Source: Cycas panzhihuaensis (taxonomy: Eukaryota; Plantae; Cycadophyta). From it: a stretch of 64,000 nucleotides of DNA. The number at the start of each line of letters is the position of its first letter. Within the stretch, counting starts at the first letter, position 1. The stretch spans positions 45,453,741 to 45,517,740 of the forward strand of contig CM041465.1 of assembly GCA_023213395.1 (NCBI GenBank). Direction: 5' to 3'. The notes beneath the pieces were generated by a model, which saw only the letters and a program-made list of their open reading frames with translations, had not been told where the DNA came from and did not search any database. Positions 38,943 to 53,897 of the stretch are shown here, piece after piece. Made by a program: the position numbers and the translations under genes.

Positions 38943-41900
38943 ATGGACAAGCTTGCACCATTAGTTACATTTAATGGAAACAATTTTAATGAGTGGAAAG
39001 CACACATGGAACTCGTTTTAATGGTAAATCAATTATGGGGAATCACTAAGTCACCCTTGTTAAGCTTGCCCTTGGATGAAAAAGTGTGTGTACGTATTGA
39101 AGAGAGATAGTTTATAGCTGTTGGGTTACTTAAACTGTCTTTGGCTCCCGATCAAAGGGCTTTAGTGCACAATCTTGAAACTCTGAATGAAATATGGACC
39201 AAGCTGTGTGAGACTTTTGAGAAAAAGAAGACAAATCGTTGGGTTGCCCTCATGATGGAATTATTGAGTGCAAAAGTTAAAGATGAAAATAACATTAGTG
39301 CATTCTTAAACAAGATCACTCATTTGAGAAATAAGTTGGATGAATTGAAATCAAACTCAATAGATGATGCCTTGTTGTTTACCATTATTATGTCAAAGTT
39401 GCCAGCTACATTTGCCACCTTTCAGATAGTTTATAGGAGTGATGGAGCCATGGAAGGTGAGTCTTTTGAGTCCTTAAAAATTTTAATCTTAGCTGAAGAT
39501 GCCAAATTGAAGTATCATGGGATGCTTAGTGGTTCAGTTTCAAATCAGGCCTTGATAATGAAGACAGAGAAGAAAGATTTATTCCATGAAAATAAGTCTA
39601 CATAGAAGATTGGTGAGACCTCTCCTGAAAAGAAGAAGTTAGTGGGAAGGTGTAACTACTGCAAGAAAGATGGTCACAGGGAAAGAAACTATTGGATCAA
39701 GAAACGGGACAAGTGCAAGGTAAGCCAAGATGATAAAGGGAAAAGTGTTGTAGCACATTGTATTTGGGTATCTACAATGTCATCTGAAAAGAAAGATTAT
39801 TGGATCCTAAACTCAGGTGCTCAAAAACACATCACCCATCAAAAGCATATTTTTGAAGCCTTACATTCAAGTTCAATTGATGCTAATGTGATTCTTGGAG
39901 ATGCCAGTGTTTTGCCTGTAGAAGGTATTGGAACCGTTTCACTTGCAGGTGGAAAGTTTGATGGTGTTTATTATGTACCTCAAATGAAGTTTAACCTTCT
40001 CTCAACCTAGGAAATCTGCAACCCAAGTATGAAAATAGAGCTCTACAATGATAAATGCTTAGTTAGAGATCCAAAGAAACACTTCTCTATTGTTGTTACT
40101 GGGAAAGTACAAGATAACTTTTGGGTGTTTGAGTCCTTTAAAACCCAGCAGGATCCTTATATTTTCATTGCTAGTGCTGATGATGTGAGTAAGTTGTGGC
40201 ATGAAAGATTGGGCCATCTAAACTATGGTAGCATCAATTTAATGAACTGATTGAAGATGGTAATTGGTTTGCCTTATATTCAATGTTCAAAGGGTGCTTG
40301 TGAAGGATGTATATATGGAAAACATCATCGTTATCCTTTTGTTAGAGATAATGCATGGGGGGCAAAAGAGAAACTTGAACTTGTTCATACTGATCCGATG
40401 GGTCCATTATCAAGTCCTATTTCTGGAGCTCGCTATGTACTAGTGTTTGTAGATGATTTCAGTAGAAAAACCTAGGTTTTCTTTTTGAAGAATAAGTCTG
40501 ATGTATTTGATAGATTTTATGAATGGAAAACTTGTGTTGAAAATGAATGTGGTTTGAAGATCAAGAAATTAAGAAGTGATAATGGAAAGGAGTATGATAA
40601 CAATGCCTTTCATCAGCTCTGTCTTGCCAATGGTATTAAGTGGGAATTTACTATTCCATATACCCCACAACAAAATGGTGTAGTAGAAAGGAAAAATCAT
40701 ACCATAATGGAAATGGTGAGATGCATGATGCATGGTAAGAATTTGCCTCCCAAATTTTGGGCAGAAGCTGTGGCGACAACAGTTCATATTTTGAATAGGG
40801 TACCTACTTCTGCTATTCGTGGCATTATCCCCAAAGAATGTTGGACTGGTCAGAAACCTTCCATTAATTATTTTAAGGTATTTAGGTGCATTTCCTATGC
40901 ACACATCCCAGATGAAAATCAAAAGAAATTGGATCCCAAGAGTTTAAAGTGTATTTTTGTGGGGTACTCATTTAAGTGTAAAGCTTATAGACTTTGGGAT
41001 CCGCGAGGGGGGGAAATCTTGATTAGTTGGGATGTTAAGTTTGACGAGTCTCTGACATATCGTGTTGATAGATCATCTGAAGATGTATTTTATCCTCCAC
41101 TTCCACCTTTTTCGAGTCATGATTCTACAGATTTATAGGTACACGAGTCTGTCCCGCAGAATGTTTTTGAAGTTGCACCAAGTGGAAGTGATATTAAGGA
41201 CCCATCATAGATTGAAATATGGTCTACACCTCGTGTTCCATTGTGGGCAAAAAGAACCATTGAAGACTCAGGAGTGACAATTGAGAATTTAGAAGATGGT
41301 CAAAGGACAAGGAGTCAACATGCCAGTTAAGCCTTAGTGATGAACACCAGTGACTTCATCTCGTTTGACGAAGCGAAGGAAGATCTGCGATGGAAAGCTG
41401 CAATGGAGGAAGAATTTGGTTCTCTTATGAAGAACCATACATGGGATTTAGTTCATCTTCCTCCCTCAAAGAACCTGGTTGGTTGCAAGTGGGTCTACAA
41501 GGTAAAGTATCACTCCAATGGTGAAGTAGACAAGTATAAAGCTAGACTTGTAGCTCAAGGTTTTAAACAAAAAGAAGGGATCGATTATGAAGAGACTTTT
41601 GCACTAGTCTCTAAGATTTCAATGGTCCATTTGATCCTTGCTTTAGTAGCTACCTTTAGTTGGGTGTTACATCAAATAGACATAAAGTCCACCTTTCTTC
41701 ATGGAGATTTGAAGGAGGAAATTTACATGGCCCAACCTCTAGGGTTCGTGAAGAAAGGATAGGAGCATTTAGTATGTCGATTAAAGAAATCTCTTTATGG
41801 CCTAAAACAAGCACCACGTGCTTGGTATGAGAAGATTAATGCTAGATTAAAAGCTAATGGTTTTGTAACAACAGATTATGAACCAAGTCTTTATATTAGA

Positions 41901-42890
41901 AAGAAAGGATCTTCGATTGTTCTTGTTGTTTTGTATGTGGATGACCTTATCATTACAGGAAATTATAGCAGGACAATTACAGATACAAAGACCTTTTTGG
42001 GTCATAATTTCGATATGATAGATCTTGGTCCTCTCTATCATTTTCTGGGCATCGAGATTAGGTAGATGAAAGATTGCATCATTATGTTACAGACAAGGTA
42101 TGCGCAATCCCTTCTTGAGAAATTCGGATTGAAGGATTGCAAACTAGCTAAAACACCATGTGTGAAAGGCACATAGCTTCAGAAGAACATGGATAAACCA
42201 GCTATAGATGGGACGTTGTATCAGCAATTAGTAGGAAGTTTGATTTATCTTACTCATACTAGACCTGATATTTCCTATGATGTTGGATTAGTGTCTTGCT
42301 TTATGCAAAATCCCCAAGAGCCACATTTGAATGTAGCCAAGAGGATTTTGAAGTATGTTAAGGGTACACTTAATCTTGGCCTTAAATACCTTCGTGGTGG
42401 AAAGGCAAAATTGTATGGATATACAGATACCGATTGGGGTGGAGATGCTAAAGACCGAAAATCAACTACAGGATATATTTTTGGCATAGAAAACGGATTT
42501 GTCTCTTGGTAATCCAAAAAGCAATCTACTGTGGCATTGTCATCTACAGAAGCAGAGAACCAAAGTTTAAGTGTTGGTGCAAGGGAAGTTGTATGGTTGT
42601 AAGGACTTTTGGAGACACTTAGTGTATCATCTAGCACTCCAGTTATTCATTGTGATAATTAAAGTGTTATTTGACTTTCAAAGAATCTAGAGTTTCACAC
42701 ACGTATAAAGCACATAGAAATCTAGCACCACTACATCCATGAGTTGATCAGATCGAGGAAGATGTAGGTTGAATATTATCCAAGTGAGGAGCAACTTGCT
42801 GATGTGTTCACCAAGGCTCTTACTAAAGATTAGTTTTTGAAGATTCATGCACATTTGGGACTTAGTCTTGAAGGAGAATCAATGTTTTAA
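38943..42890 (+). pseudogene. Copia gag-pol polyprotein pseudogene (gag, zinc knuckle, protease, integrase, RT, RNase H)
   Basis: ORFs 39141, 39642, 40029, 40251, 40485, 41337 and 42189 are all in one frame. Motifs CNYCKKDGH, WILNSGA, LWHERLGH, LRSDNGKEY, PQQNGVVERK, YKARLVAQG, LYVDDL, GYTDTDWGGD, QLADVFTKAL. Confidence 0.97.
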
Positions 42891-45336
42891 GATAAAGGTT
42901 AGACACTTCATTATGTTGAAGATCAATATTTATATTAAGGGGGGATGTTAAAAATAATACCCGACTAATGTAAATATTAATTATTTATCTTTTTTAATTA
43001 TTTTTCAGGCTGACGGATGTTCATTTTAGGGTCATATAGATCTATATATATCCAAAGACATCATTGTACTCTTATGCTTTTTGGATCAATGTAATCGATA
43101 GTTCGAAGGTGGGTTTTTCCCACTGGATACCATGTGTATTCTTTCTAAGATTGGTGTGCATGTTTGATCTGGTTCTAGTTCTACTCCTGATTTTAACACT
43201 TTGCTTATCAACAAAAGTAAGGTACCTTCACCTGTAGGTGAAGGCAACCTTATATATATAATCCTAATAAGTAAAGAACAATACTAACCATTAGTCAATT
43301 AGTATAGAAAATACATTCCTTTCTAGCAAGGCTTCAGTAATATAAGGATGAAGAAAGCAACATTCCCTTTGATTTTAGGCAACAAGTTGAGTATAACTTT
43401 GTGAAGATACTACTATTGCAAGCAATAAAAGACATGTTAATATATGTCAAACAAGTTCTTAATTTATGTAAAAAATTAAAGAGTAAGAAATTTCAAGAAC
43501 CAGAATACATCAAATTAATGGGTTTAATTATAGATATGATCCATGGTAAGAAGATCACAGAGTATAAAGATCCTAGAAGTCTAGAAGTAGACGTCTCTAT
43601 GTGTAGTATAAAATTAAGAAAAGTTTTAGTGGACTTAGGTGCAAGAATCAATATGATGACCTTTTATAACAATGTTATGATTATGAATTAATGGAATGTA
43701 AGAAACACAAATGGTGTTGTGGATCATTGATAAGTAGGTGGTGAAACTTGAAGGTATCCTCATGTATGTTTGTAACTAGAATTTTATAGTACATTTTAAG
43801 GTGGTTAGACCAATGGGAGATGTAGAAGTATACTTTATCATTTTAGGGAGGCCTTGGTTAGCTACTATTAATGCCATGATTACTTATTGATCCAAAAAAC
43901 TGATGTTCATTAATGTGTAAGATTCAAAATTTTTGATACTATTCACACTTGCATAACCATCCATTAAAACATAGTTAGAAAAGTAGTTAGAATGGATTGA
44001 GTTAGACGAGGAAGATAACCTTAAAGGTTATTAGTTCCTCACTCATAATTCAAATGCAAATGATGATGTATATAAAAGTGTTGAAATTGGAATAGGTGAG
44101 TATATTAAGTAAAATAATTTCTCTCATGTGGAAAAATTAATAATAGGTTAGGATAAGGATAGTGTCACATTACATTCCCTGGATCATGAGGCATACATAG
44201 GAGAGTAGGATAAAAATAGTTAGTTTCTTTTTTTTTATAGTATTTCTTCAAAAGATTATTCTATATGCAATGATTACAAGAAATTGGCAACATGTATAAT
44301 GGAGCTGACCAATAACAAAGTTCTGCAAGTTGGGTCAATATACTCCAATAAAGAGCAAGATCACATGCATCAAGTATTAGAATAATACTTGAATATGTTT
44401 GCATGGACCTATGATGATTTAGAAGGAATAAGCCATAAGTTATGTTAGAATTAAATTTTAATTGAAGATAGTAGCCCATTTATTATGCTACCTTAAAAAG
44501 AAGACTCAATCTAATGATGCTCCTGATCATGATGGAAGAATTAGAAAATCTCTTAAATACTAGGCTTATTTACCCAATTTTTAATAGAAAGTGGGTATCA
44601 CCATTAGTGGTGCTCTTAAAGGAAAATGGAAAGTGGAGTATTAGTTGAATAAAGCTACTCAAAGGGATCATTTCCCAATACCTTTTATTGATTAAGTATT
44701 TAGCAAGTTGGTAAGATAAAAGTACTTCTCATTCCTAGATGAATTTTTAAGGTACAATTAGATTGTGTTTGAACCAAAGCACCATGGCAAGACAACATTC
44801 ACTTATCTATGAGGGACATATGCATATCAGGTATTACCCTTTAAATTGTATAATGCACATACCATATTTTAAAGGGATATCATATGGTTTTTTTTAGACC
44901 ATATCAATTATTTTATAGAGGTTTATATGGATGATTTCTTAGTTTATGTTAACACACTTGATGAGGCCTTATAAATATTAGAGAAAGTTCTCTTAAGATG
45001 TAGAGGGATTGATCTTTGCCTCAATAATGATAAGAGTATATTGATTATTTAGAAGGGTATAGTCCTCAATCACGTGATCTCAAAACAAGGGATTCAAGTT
45101 GATCCAGAAAAGATTCAAGTAATTGAGCAATTAAAGATACCCTAAAATCTTAAGAATATGTGAAATGTTTTCAAACATGCAGGTTATTATCATCATTTCA
45201 TATAACATCTTAACAAGATTTCATCCCCTCTACACAAACTGCTACAAAATAGTAGTGAATTACAATGGATAGAGGAATGCAATATTACATTTTAGATTTT
45301 AAATAAATAATTGATTGAAGCACTAGTGTTGTAGGG

Positions 45337-48300
45337 TATGAGAATTCATACATGCTTATGCTTGCCCTAATGCCATGTAAATTCCTGTAAGATCTTAGCA
45401 TCTCTTACATAATGAATACATCATACAATAGAAGAACAAACTTATAGAAGATATAGGTGTATATATGAAACCCTTTTAGGAATAAAAACCCACATATAAA
45501 ATATTGACAATCAATTAGAAATCACAATGGTTACAGTGTAGATCATCAAGTGATTGAAACATGGATAATTGGATATAACAAACAATGATTTAATGATTTT
45601 TTAAACCTTACTAAGGATCATTTTTTTATGATCTAAAGGGTATGTCTATCCAAGAGTTATGACTCTTCATTTTATATTATGATTCTTCATTGCATCCCAT
45701 CAAATATCAATACTTACATCTCTTTATATCTTGATTATTCATATCCATTTTAAATATTGATACTCAAACTTCTTCATATCTTGATTATTCTCATAACTAC
45801 ATGAAATATTAACTCCTACCATGTGTTAATCTTTGACCATGCTTGCTAACATCCTCTATTAATATAAATGTGGGATTTAAGACTCAACATATAATTGTAA
45901 ATCAATCTAGTATCATAGTCTAATAACTTTCAAGGCAAATGAGAGTTGATCTTATAGATTCATCCTCCCTTAAGGGCAAACATCATATAGACCTAATTCA
46001 ATGTAAATTCTTTTGAAATTATATTTAGTAAGTGGATTTATGAAAATTTGTTCATCACTTAGATAATATTCCACATTCAACTTCTCTGCTTTGGCCATCT
46101 CCCAAATGTAATGGTGATGTATCTCAATATGTTTTGTTTAAGCATAAAACTTAGGATTCTTCAATAATTGAATAGTACTTTGATTATCCATAATGATAGT
46201 ATGTTGCTTTAAATATCAAGAACATCCAATATTCCTTTCAACTACATTACTTCATGAGCACCTATTAAGAGTCCTTGGTACTTTATCTTAATAGAAGATA
46301 ATGCAATAGTATACTATTTCTTTAATTGCCATGGCATTGGTCCACCACCAATAGCAAACATATATCCTATAGTAGATTTTTTGTTATCATAGTTATAAAT
46401 CCAATCAACATATATATAACCTTCTAATTTTATATCACCTTCTCTTAGATACTCTAAACCAAGATTTTAAGAACCCTTCAAATATTTTAAAATACCTTTT
46501 ACCATAATCCAATGTGGCTCTTAAGGATTATGCATATATTGAGAGACCAACCCAATAACATAGGTAATATTGGGCCTCATATGAATCAAGAAGATTAGAC
46601 TTCCTACCAAACTTTTATATAACATCCCATTAACTATAGGATTTTCTATATCCTTCATAAATTTTGTGTCTTTTATATATGATATGATGTTTTCATTGGC
46701 TTGTAATATATAATCTTGAACTTTTTAAGCAATGATTTTGTATACTTCATTTGTGACACTAAAATTTTATGTTTTAGTTACCTTATTTTAATGCCAAAAA
46801 AGTAGTGGAGTAGCCCCATGTCAATCGTGCCAAAAAAAAATTATAAGTTCATTTCACCACCATAACCTCCCTGTGATGATTATTTGTAATGAATAAATCA
46901 TCAACATATAAAACAATAACCATGATTGATATCATAGTCTTCTTAACATACAAATTCAACTATAGATCTATCACAACAAATGCCTTTTCCTTTAAGGTCA
47001 TATTAGTATTTATAAAACACCCTTACAATGCTTTCTTTAGGCCATATAAAGATTTCTTTAAATAACATACATACTTTTCATGTCCTTCCTTAATGAAACC
47101 AAGAGATTGTACCACATCAATCTCCTCCTCCGTTTCTTCATTAAGGAATATAGACTTCACATTTATATGATGTGTCTCCTATCCAAATTTGGTTGTAGTT
47201 GAAATAATTATTTGACCATAGTTATCTTTGAGATAGGTGTAAATGTCTCATTATAATATATCTATTCTTTCTATTTAAAACCTTGGATAACAAGTTTGGA
47301 CTTAAACTTTTCCACCTTTCTATCAACTCAAAATTTTATTTTATACAACCATTTACATTCAACCAAGTTTTTCCCTAAAGGTAATGGAACTACATCCCAA
47401 GTTTTATTCTTCATTATAGAACTATACACCTCCTCTATTATAGCTTGCCATTGAGGATTCTTCTCTACCTCAATAAATAAATCTGGCTTATAGGAGTGAA
47501 TGGTGTTAACTATAAGAGCATGACTAACTTATTGACTTCTAGTTTTTTGTTCATTTGATAACTCTATAGTTACTTTAGACAATTTAATTATCTTCGTACC
47601 CATAATAGCCCCGAAGGTCCTAATGTTGTTATCTCCTCCTTTTATGACTATTATCCCTTGACATCTTTATCAATTCAGCTAACTTTATTCTAATCCTTAA
47701 ACTCAACATCTGTCCATAAATAACTTGGTAGTGATCGAAATTTTAGAATGTTCTCTGATGTGATACTTGCAGCATGATATATCATCAACTCATTGAACTT
47801 AGCATCCTAACTAACCTTAAGTTTTTTTAATTCTAGATCTCATGGTCAATAGCCTTTTCTCTAATTATAGTACCCTATGATGAAATATTTCTAACTCTTT
47901 TGATCCATATTCTTACCTTTATTGTTATGGATATGTGCATATGCAATACACCCAAAGACTTTGAAACAATTAATAGAAGGCTTTCAACTAGTCTTTTTTT
48001 TTTGGCATATTGGCATTGATTGCTTTAGTTGGTACCTAGTTCAACACATAAATAATCCTATACACCTTTCCATCTCCATCATGGTATGATTTTTTCACTC
48101 CACAACACCATTTTGTTATAGGGTGTATAGGATTATAAATTCCTCTCTAATACCATGTCTAGGATATAATTGATTAAAGGCATAATTATCATACTCCTTT
48201 CTATTATTACTCCTTAAAATATTTATCCTTTTATCACATTAATTTTTTACCCCAACTTTCCATTCTTAAAATTAATCAAATACTTCTCATTCATTCTTTA

Positions 48301-51300
48301 GAAAATACACCCAAGTTTTCTTATTATAATCATCCATAATGCCTGAGTGTACAAGTTATAACTTCTCCTTAACTCTATAGGCTTTTCTAAGAAAAAGGAT
48401 ATTTATGATGATTATCATACATGAAACCTTTACATATACCATTTGAATATAAGATATGTGGAAACCCTTCTACTATCTTCAACTTATTCATTAATGATAT
48501 ACTAGCATAATTAAGATGCCCTAGCCTTTCATGTCATAATTGGCCATTATTATCTACATTAGTAATGAAGTCATGTGATCAATTTAGATTCTTAAATTTT
48601 TCAAATACCAAAAGGTCATTCTTTGCTCTTCTAATTGCAATGATAACAAAACACTTCTTTAGATCCTTAATAAGGTATTTATCTTCATAAAACTCAATCT
48701 TCAAACTCTTTTTGTATATTCCTTAGGTTGATAGAAGATTTTCCTTCATCTTTAGAGCATAATACACTTAGTAAAAAAAAAAACCCTACAAAATTTATTG
48801 TTCTAACATCCTTAATAAGTATAACATAGTTATCACCAAGTATAATTTAAGAACCATAGGGTTCAACATTCCATGATGTGAACTTCTCTTTGGAGAAAGT
48901 TATATGCCATTATGCTTTAAGGATAAAGAATCCATTTATCCTTTAATGGCAAGGACCCTATCTTTACATAATGGACTTTAATATCCTTTCCCTTTACCTT
49001 GTGTATACATCCTACTTCATTTTATAATAGTTTGCCTCTTTATGGCCAACTCTCTTGTAGCAGTTATACATTCCATTAAACCTCTTCTTTTTCTTTAGTA
49101 CCTATTTTACTAAAGTATTATACTTTTACAGATCTTTCTCCTTCTAATTACCTCCCATCCTCTATTCTTTTATCACCAAGGCATGATTGAATTTATAACC
49201 TCAAAGCAACCATGATGCTTTAGCTTATCATCCTCATCCAAAATTAGGTATTTTAGGTAATCAAATTTTATTTACTCCATGATAGAATCTCTTGTATAGA
49301 TAGTTTGAAATATGGAAAGTATAGCTAGAAACTTCCATGTGATAAGACTTAATAATAACTCCTTATAAATAAATCCTAATTTAATTACCTTAAGTTTATT
49401 TCTCAAATCCATCACCTTGTTAAGGCAAGAATTGATATTGTTCTCATCTTTGATAGTAGCATTCAGTAACTCCATTAATAGAGAAATATGGTGATTTCAT
49501 TTTGTCATATCAAAGGTCTCTAATATATTTGGCCATATATCATTTGGTGATTCAAGGTTATGAATTTGTTCTCTCTAATATGGGGTAACAGATAAAGTCA
49601 ACAAACTAATTGCCATAAACTTCTTCTCTTGCAACCAATTTCTCTCCTTCTTATCTAAGGGAATAATGGTAATTAAATCCTTAATGATCAGCCATAATTG
49701 ATTCACCATCAAATGCAACTCCATATTGGTCTTCCATTCACTAAAGTTGTAAGCATAAAAAATCATAGTTGATAACTTCTCCATGGCAAAGTCTAAAGAT
49801 AATATGAGTGTAACTTCACCAATGAACACCTTTGTAGATCAAATTACTTTATAAAACATCTTAACATTGATGAATATGGCCCATACACTTGTCAAATATA
49901 TCCCCTACAACTTGTTCTGCATTAGTGACCTCTTTTCCTAATCCCACATGTTTAATGTGGCTTGAAATAGTTTAAACAAATAATAATTTTCTTAAAATCA
50001 ACTCAAAACTAATTAAATTACATCTTAAATGGCTTCCTCTTTTAAAATAATCTTCTACATAGTGCCCAATAGACATATATAATTATTTTAGCATGATATG
50101 GGTTATGCACCCTTTAATAGCCTAAAGTAATCTCTAGAATGATAAAAAATAGCTTAGTTTGACTTTAAATGGCTAACAACTTTTATGTTTTTTACTTCAA
50201 TGGTTAGCACACTTCATCATAGGGTATTTGCAAACATCAAAAAACATCTACACAACTCCATATACACATAACACTCTCCAAAGGCTAAAAAATAATGAAA
50301 AACTTTAATTATTCATTTATTTTCCTTTGTATCATGAAAGAACCATATAAAAACTACTACATTAGATGAGTAATGGTCTTGAATTGAAGTTTTGATTAAA
50401 AATCTAGTCAAAAGGTTGAGTTTTTAGGTAAAGAAAATAGACATAAACCTCTAAAGGGGTGTCACCTTTTACACATAACTATTGACCCCAATACACAAAA
50501 TAGAGGCTTGTTTTGATTAAATAACTTAGCATACAACTCAAATTCAAGGCTAAACACATTTTAGAGACCGTAAACTCAATTTATGTAAATCTAAATAAAG
50601 AAAAAATAAGAAGAAAAAAAAGGGATTCTTTATCATTTTGGTTGCAAATGGATATTACTACTTCCTATGATGCCCAACCCACCTTTTGGCCTATGAAATA
50701 CACCTAACTCCATTCAAAATCCTCTATAGTTTAGGTACAAATAATAAATAACTTTTGGCTCTAACAAACAAGCTCCCACATAATTCCAATGAGTGAAAAT
50801 AGCCTCTTAGTGATGAAAAAAATTGATAATCTTCAACCTCTTTCCAACAGATCAATTCCAAATTCCTTTGAAGGCTCGTAATTAGACAACCACTATTCTA
50901 CATAGTCCAAACATGGACTTTTATACAAATGTGAAGTTCTGATAGTGAAAAATCATAAAAAATGTATAGAAAATAGGCTCTATGTGGCTTATTTTCTCCA
51001 TGTAATTAATTATTTTTACTACTATTTTCTTATTCAAGTTGTTAGAAAATATCATAATCAATTTATTAGACTCTAATTATATTATAAAGCCTATCAGTGA
51101 ACCAATCTAGTTCTTTAATAACTCTACAATATTATGCATGATCATAAACAACTTTGATACCATGTGATAATTTGTATATGATCAAGTTTTCCCTAATGCT
51201 ATATGAGCTTTTGCTAAAACTTTGCATCTTTTACATAGCAAACACATCATCTAATGTAAGAGCAAACACATGGAAAATGCAGGTTTATGATTACTTAGAA

Positions 51301-51545
51301 ATGTTAATGGTTACATTATAGATTATTAGGCGATTAAAATTTGGATGATTGGATATAACTCACAATGATTTGATGAATTTTCAACCCTACTAAGGATCTT
51401 ATTTATATGACCCAAAGGGTACATCCAACCAAGAGCTACAAGTCTTCATCATGTCCTATGACTCTTCATCATTTCCTATTAAATCTTGATACTTACATCT
51501 CTTTATATTTTGATTCTTCATATCTTTTCTAATCTTGATATGCAT
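45337..51545 (-). mobile_element. Decayed Ty1/Copia inserted in the Gypsy RT; 5' LTR truncated
   Basis: 3' LTR 45337-45962, PPT 45963-45973, PBS 51151-51162, 5' LTR 51163 to ~51545. gag MEKLSTMIFYAYNFSEWKTNMELHLMVNQLW (~49784) is related to the 37455 element; VLYVDDL at ~46900. Confidence 0.92.
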
Positions 51546-53399
51546 GCCTCTTTTACATAACCATAGAAAAAGAATTCAATAAAAGGAGTTTAAGACAAGA
51601 GACTGATCTTTATTATTTGATTTACATATGATGATTTTCTAGGTGAGTTCTAAAGTAGATGGTTGGGACTATACAAAATCATCCAAGTGTTCAATAATAG
51701 AGTGGTAAGGTAGAATGCATTGAAAACCTAGTATAATAATGATTTATTGATGGATATTAACTAACGTTCTATCATAATCTAGTGTCCAAGAATGAGTTTA
51801 TCAATAGTTTGTAATAATAATCTAGCTTACAACTTATATAGTTATCGTCTTTATTTTTGTAGGAAATTGCCAATAGTTCAACCTCATATTTTTAAAAAAT
51901 GGAAAAGAAAAAAAATATAAAGAAAAATAAAAGAATGGTATAGGTGTAGATTATATAGAGGATAATTCCTCAATAGTTAGAATGAGTGTCATTTCTTGTT
52001 TTTACTCTTGGCAGAGTAGGATAGGAACATGATAATTTACCCATAGGTGCATCTAAAGGTAATTGTTAATAAAATTGGGCTACACAATAAAAACTATGTT
52101 GCATAAGTACACTATTATGATCTCTACTAAAATTATGAAATTCTTTCTTTTTCACAACATAAAAAGATATTTTGTTAAGATTACCTTTTGTTATGGAAGA
52201 AGGTAACTTATATGACATATGTAAGTCATATATAAAAGCAATAATCAAGATAGAGTTAATCAACAACCACCACTAAAGACAAATGAAGATATTTAGAAAT
52301 AAGTAAAATACTCCCTCCAAATAATTAAATGAACTTATTAAGCTAAAATTCAAAGATTTTAACTTTTATTAGAAAGATGAAGTTGATTTTAGCTAAAGAC
52401 TTTAGCTAGTTATTCCTAGCACTAGCCACAATATACATGGATAATGAAAGCACTGTTGATAAGTTAGCATACTAATTTAACACCCATAGGTGACACCTTT
52501 AGTAGGGGGAAGGTTGATGTTTTCATCATGAGTTGGCATGGCACCTTCATTATGAGAAGAGTGAGCAAGAAAGGTGATTAAATGATTTTGAGGTGGTTAC
52601 CCTCTTAAATTAAAGAGGGGAAGCCATGACTTTTTAATGATGATTTAGTAGGAGAAGGAGAGAGGGAAAGTTACCAAGTTGAACATAATTGATATAGAAG
52701 GGAAACATAGCAATTAAGGGAAGTAATGATGAATGCAAGTAGGTAATAATGTAGGTATTTGATAACAAAAGTGATATAGAGGAAAGTCAAATGTAGACAT
52801 AGAGGATGAAGAATAAGAGAATAAAGCATATAATATAAATACAATAGTATGGACATAAACATAACAACACAAAGTTAGTGACCTAGAGGAAAATTGAATA
52901 AAGTAATGTGAATGTGACAATGTAGAAACAAGAATAGAGGATACAACATAAACCACACAACACATAATGTATATTATATAGTGAGCATGGTAACACAGAG
53001 CAAGTTAGGGTAGTTGAAGAGAAGACAAAAGAAGAAGAGGTTCACATTAGAGAAAGGAAAATAAAATGGTTGAAAATCCCTTGAAATTTGGCCAAGAGAG
53101 AAACATGCAAACTTGGTTAAATAAGAAAAGGGAGGTGCACAAAATTAAATTAACCAAATGGGTCATAACAAAAGTCTCGCAATTAGGGGTAGAGTATAAG
53201 AAGAGAAAGTTATAGGACACCTCAGTTAGGTAGAAGAAGGTATCTATCTCATGGTGAAGATATGTTTTAAGGAGAGTCTTCCCATAAGATCAAAATCAAT
53301 TTCTCTTAGTAATGAGAGACTAAGATTATAGGGTATGCTTAACAAAGACCCATTATCAAAGCTATAAGTAAAAAACATGGAATTTTCCCCTTATGATAC

Positions 53400-53740
53400 T
53401 AGAGGCATCCATTTTATTAGCATGCCAATTAATGTTAATCCACTTATGTTAATATTAAATGTGGTTTAGTTATTGTTTAATAAAAAGATGTGAGTTTATA
53501 AAGGTGTATAACCTTTAAGGGTTAACACCACTTGGAGGATTATAAATATCCTAGAGTCCATTATATATTCATCTAATTAAGAATTAATATGATTTAGTGA
53601 TCTTTTGTGGCAGGGTTTCTACTCAAAAGGGTTTTCCCATATATATCTAGTGCATTAAGTTTCATGTGCTCTTTATTGTGCTCGCTATGTATGATCAAGA
53701 TCTTGTAGCTTAGAACATATACATGTATGTAGTTTTTTCA
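53400..53740 (+). repeat. Possible solo or fragmentary Copia-type LTR
   Basis: Contains gggtttctactcaaaagggttttccc, resembling the LTR motifs at ~45465-45492 and ~61245-61272 (opposite strand). No PBS or TSD seen. Confidence 0.35.
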
Positions 53741-53897
53741 TATGATGGGTGGATGTGATAAGATTGAAAGTTGTTAAGTAATACTAGTAGAGCCATGTTT
53801 TGTCAATTCTTATTCCATTCTAATAATCAAAAGAGTGATATAATAAGTAATAGTGGTTGAGGAAGTGAATTTCACCTATCAATAAGGATGTAGTATT

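Larger units (their letters stand above)
37455..43198 (+). mobile_element. Full-length Ty1/Copia element, best preserved in the window
   Basis: LTRs 37455-37701 and 42946-43198, PBS 37702-37713, PPT 42937-42945, perfect TSD ctttg (37450-37454 / 43199-43203). Confidence 0.98.
35593..51800 (+). mobile_element. Athila-like Ty3/Gypsy element (gag, protease, RT, integrase C-terminus), interrupted by two Copia insertions and a deletion
   Basis: LTR-end CA at 35589, then PBS tggcaccattgttgggga (decayed TGGCGCCGTTGCCGGGGA, tRNA-Asp type). gag LKFFPYTLKDGALIWF (~35980), protease VLVDLGARINMM/ILGRPWLAT (43620-43870), RT WVSPLVV, DHFPIPFID, EVYMDDF (44590-44940), integrase tail RWLGLYKI (~51660). Confidence 0.9.

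Noticed and set aside
40569-42637. Minus-strand ORFs (117, 64 and 120 aa)
   Set aside because: Antisense shadows of the Copia pol frame.
52066-52965. Short hydrophobic ORFs as membrane or env proteins
   Set aside because: Composition reflects purine/pyrimidine-skewed AT-rich DNA; no motif support.
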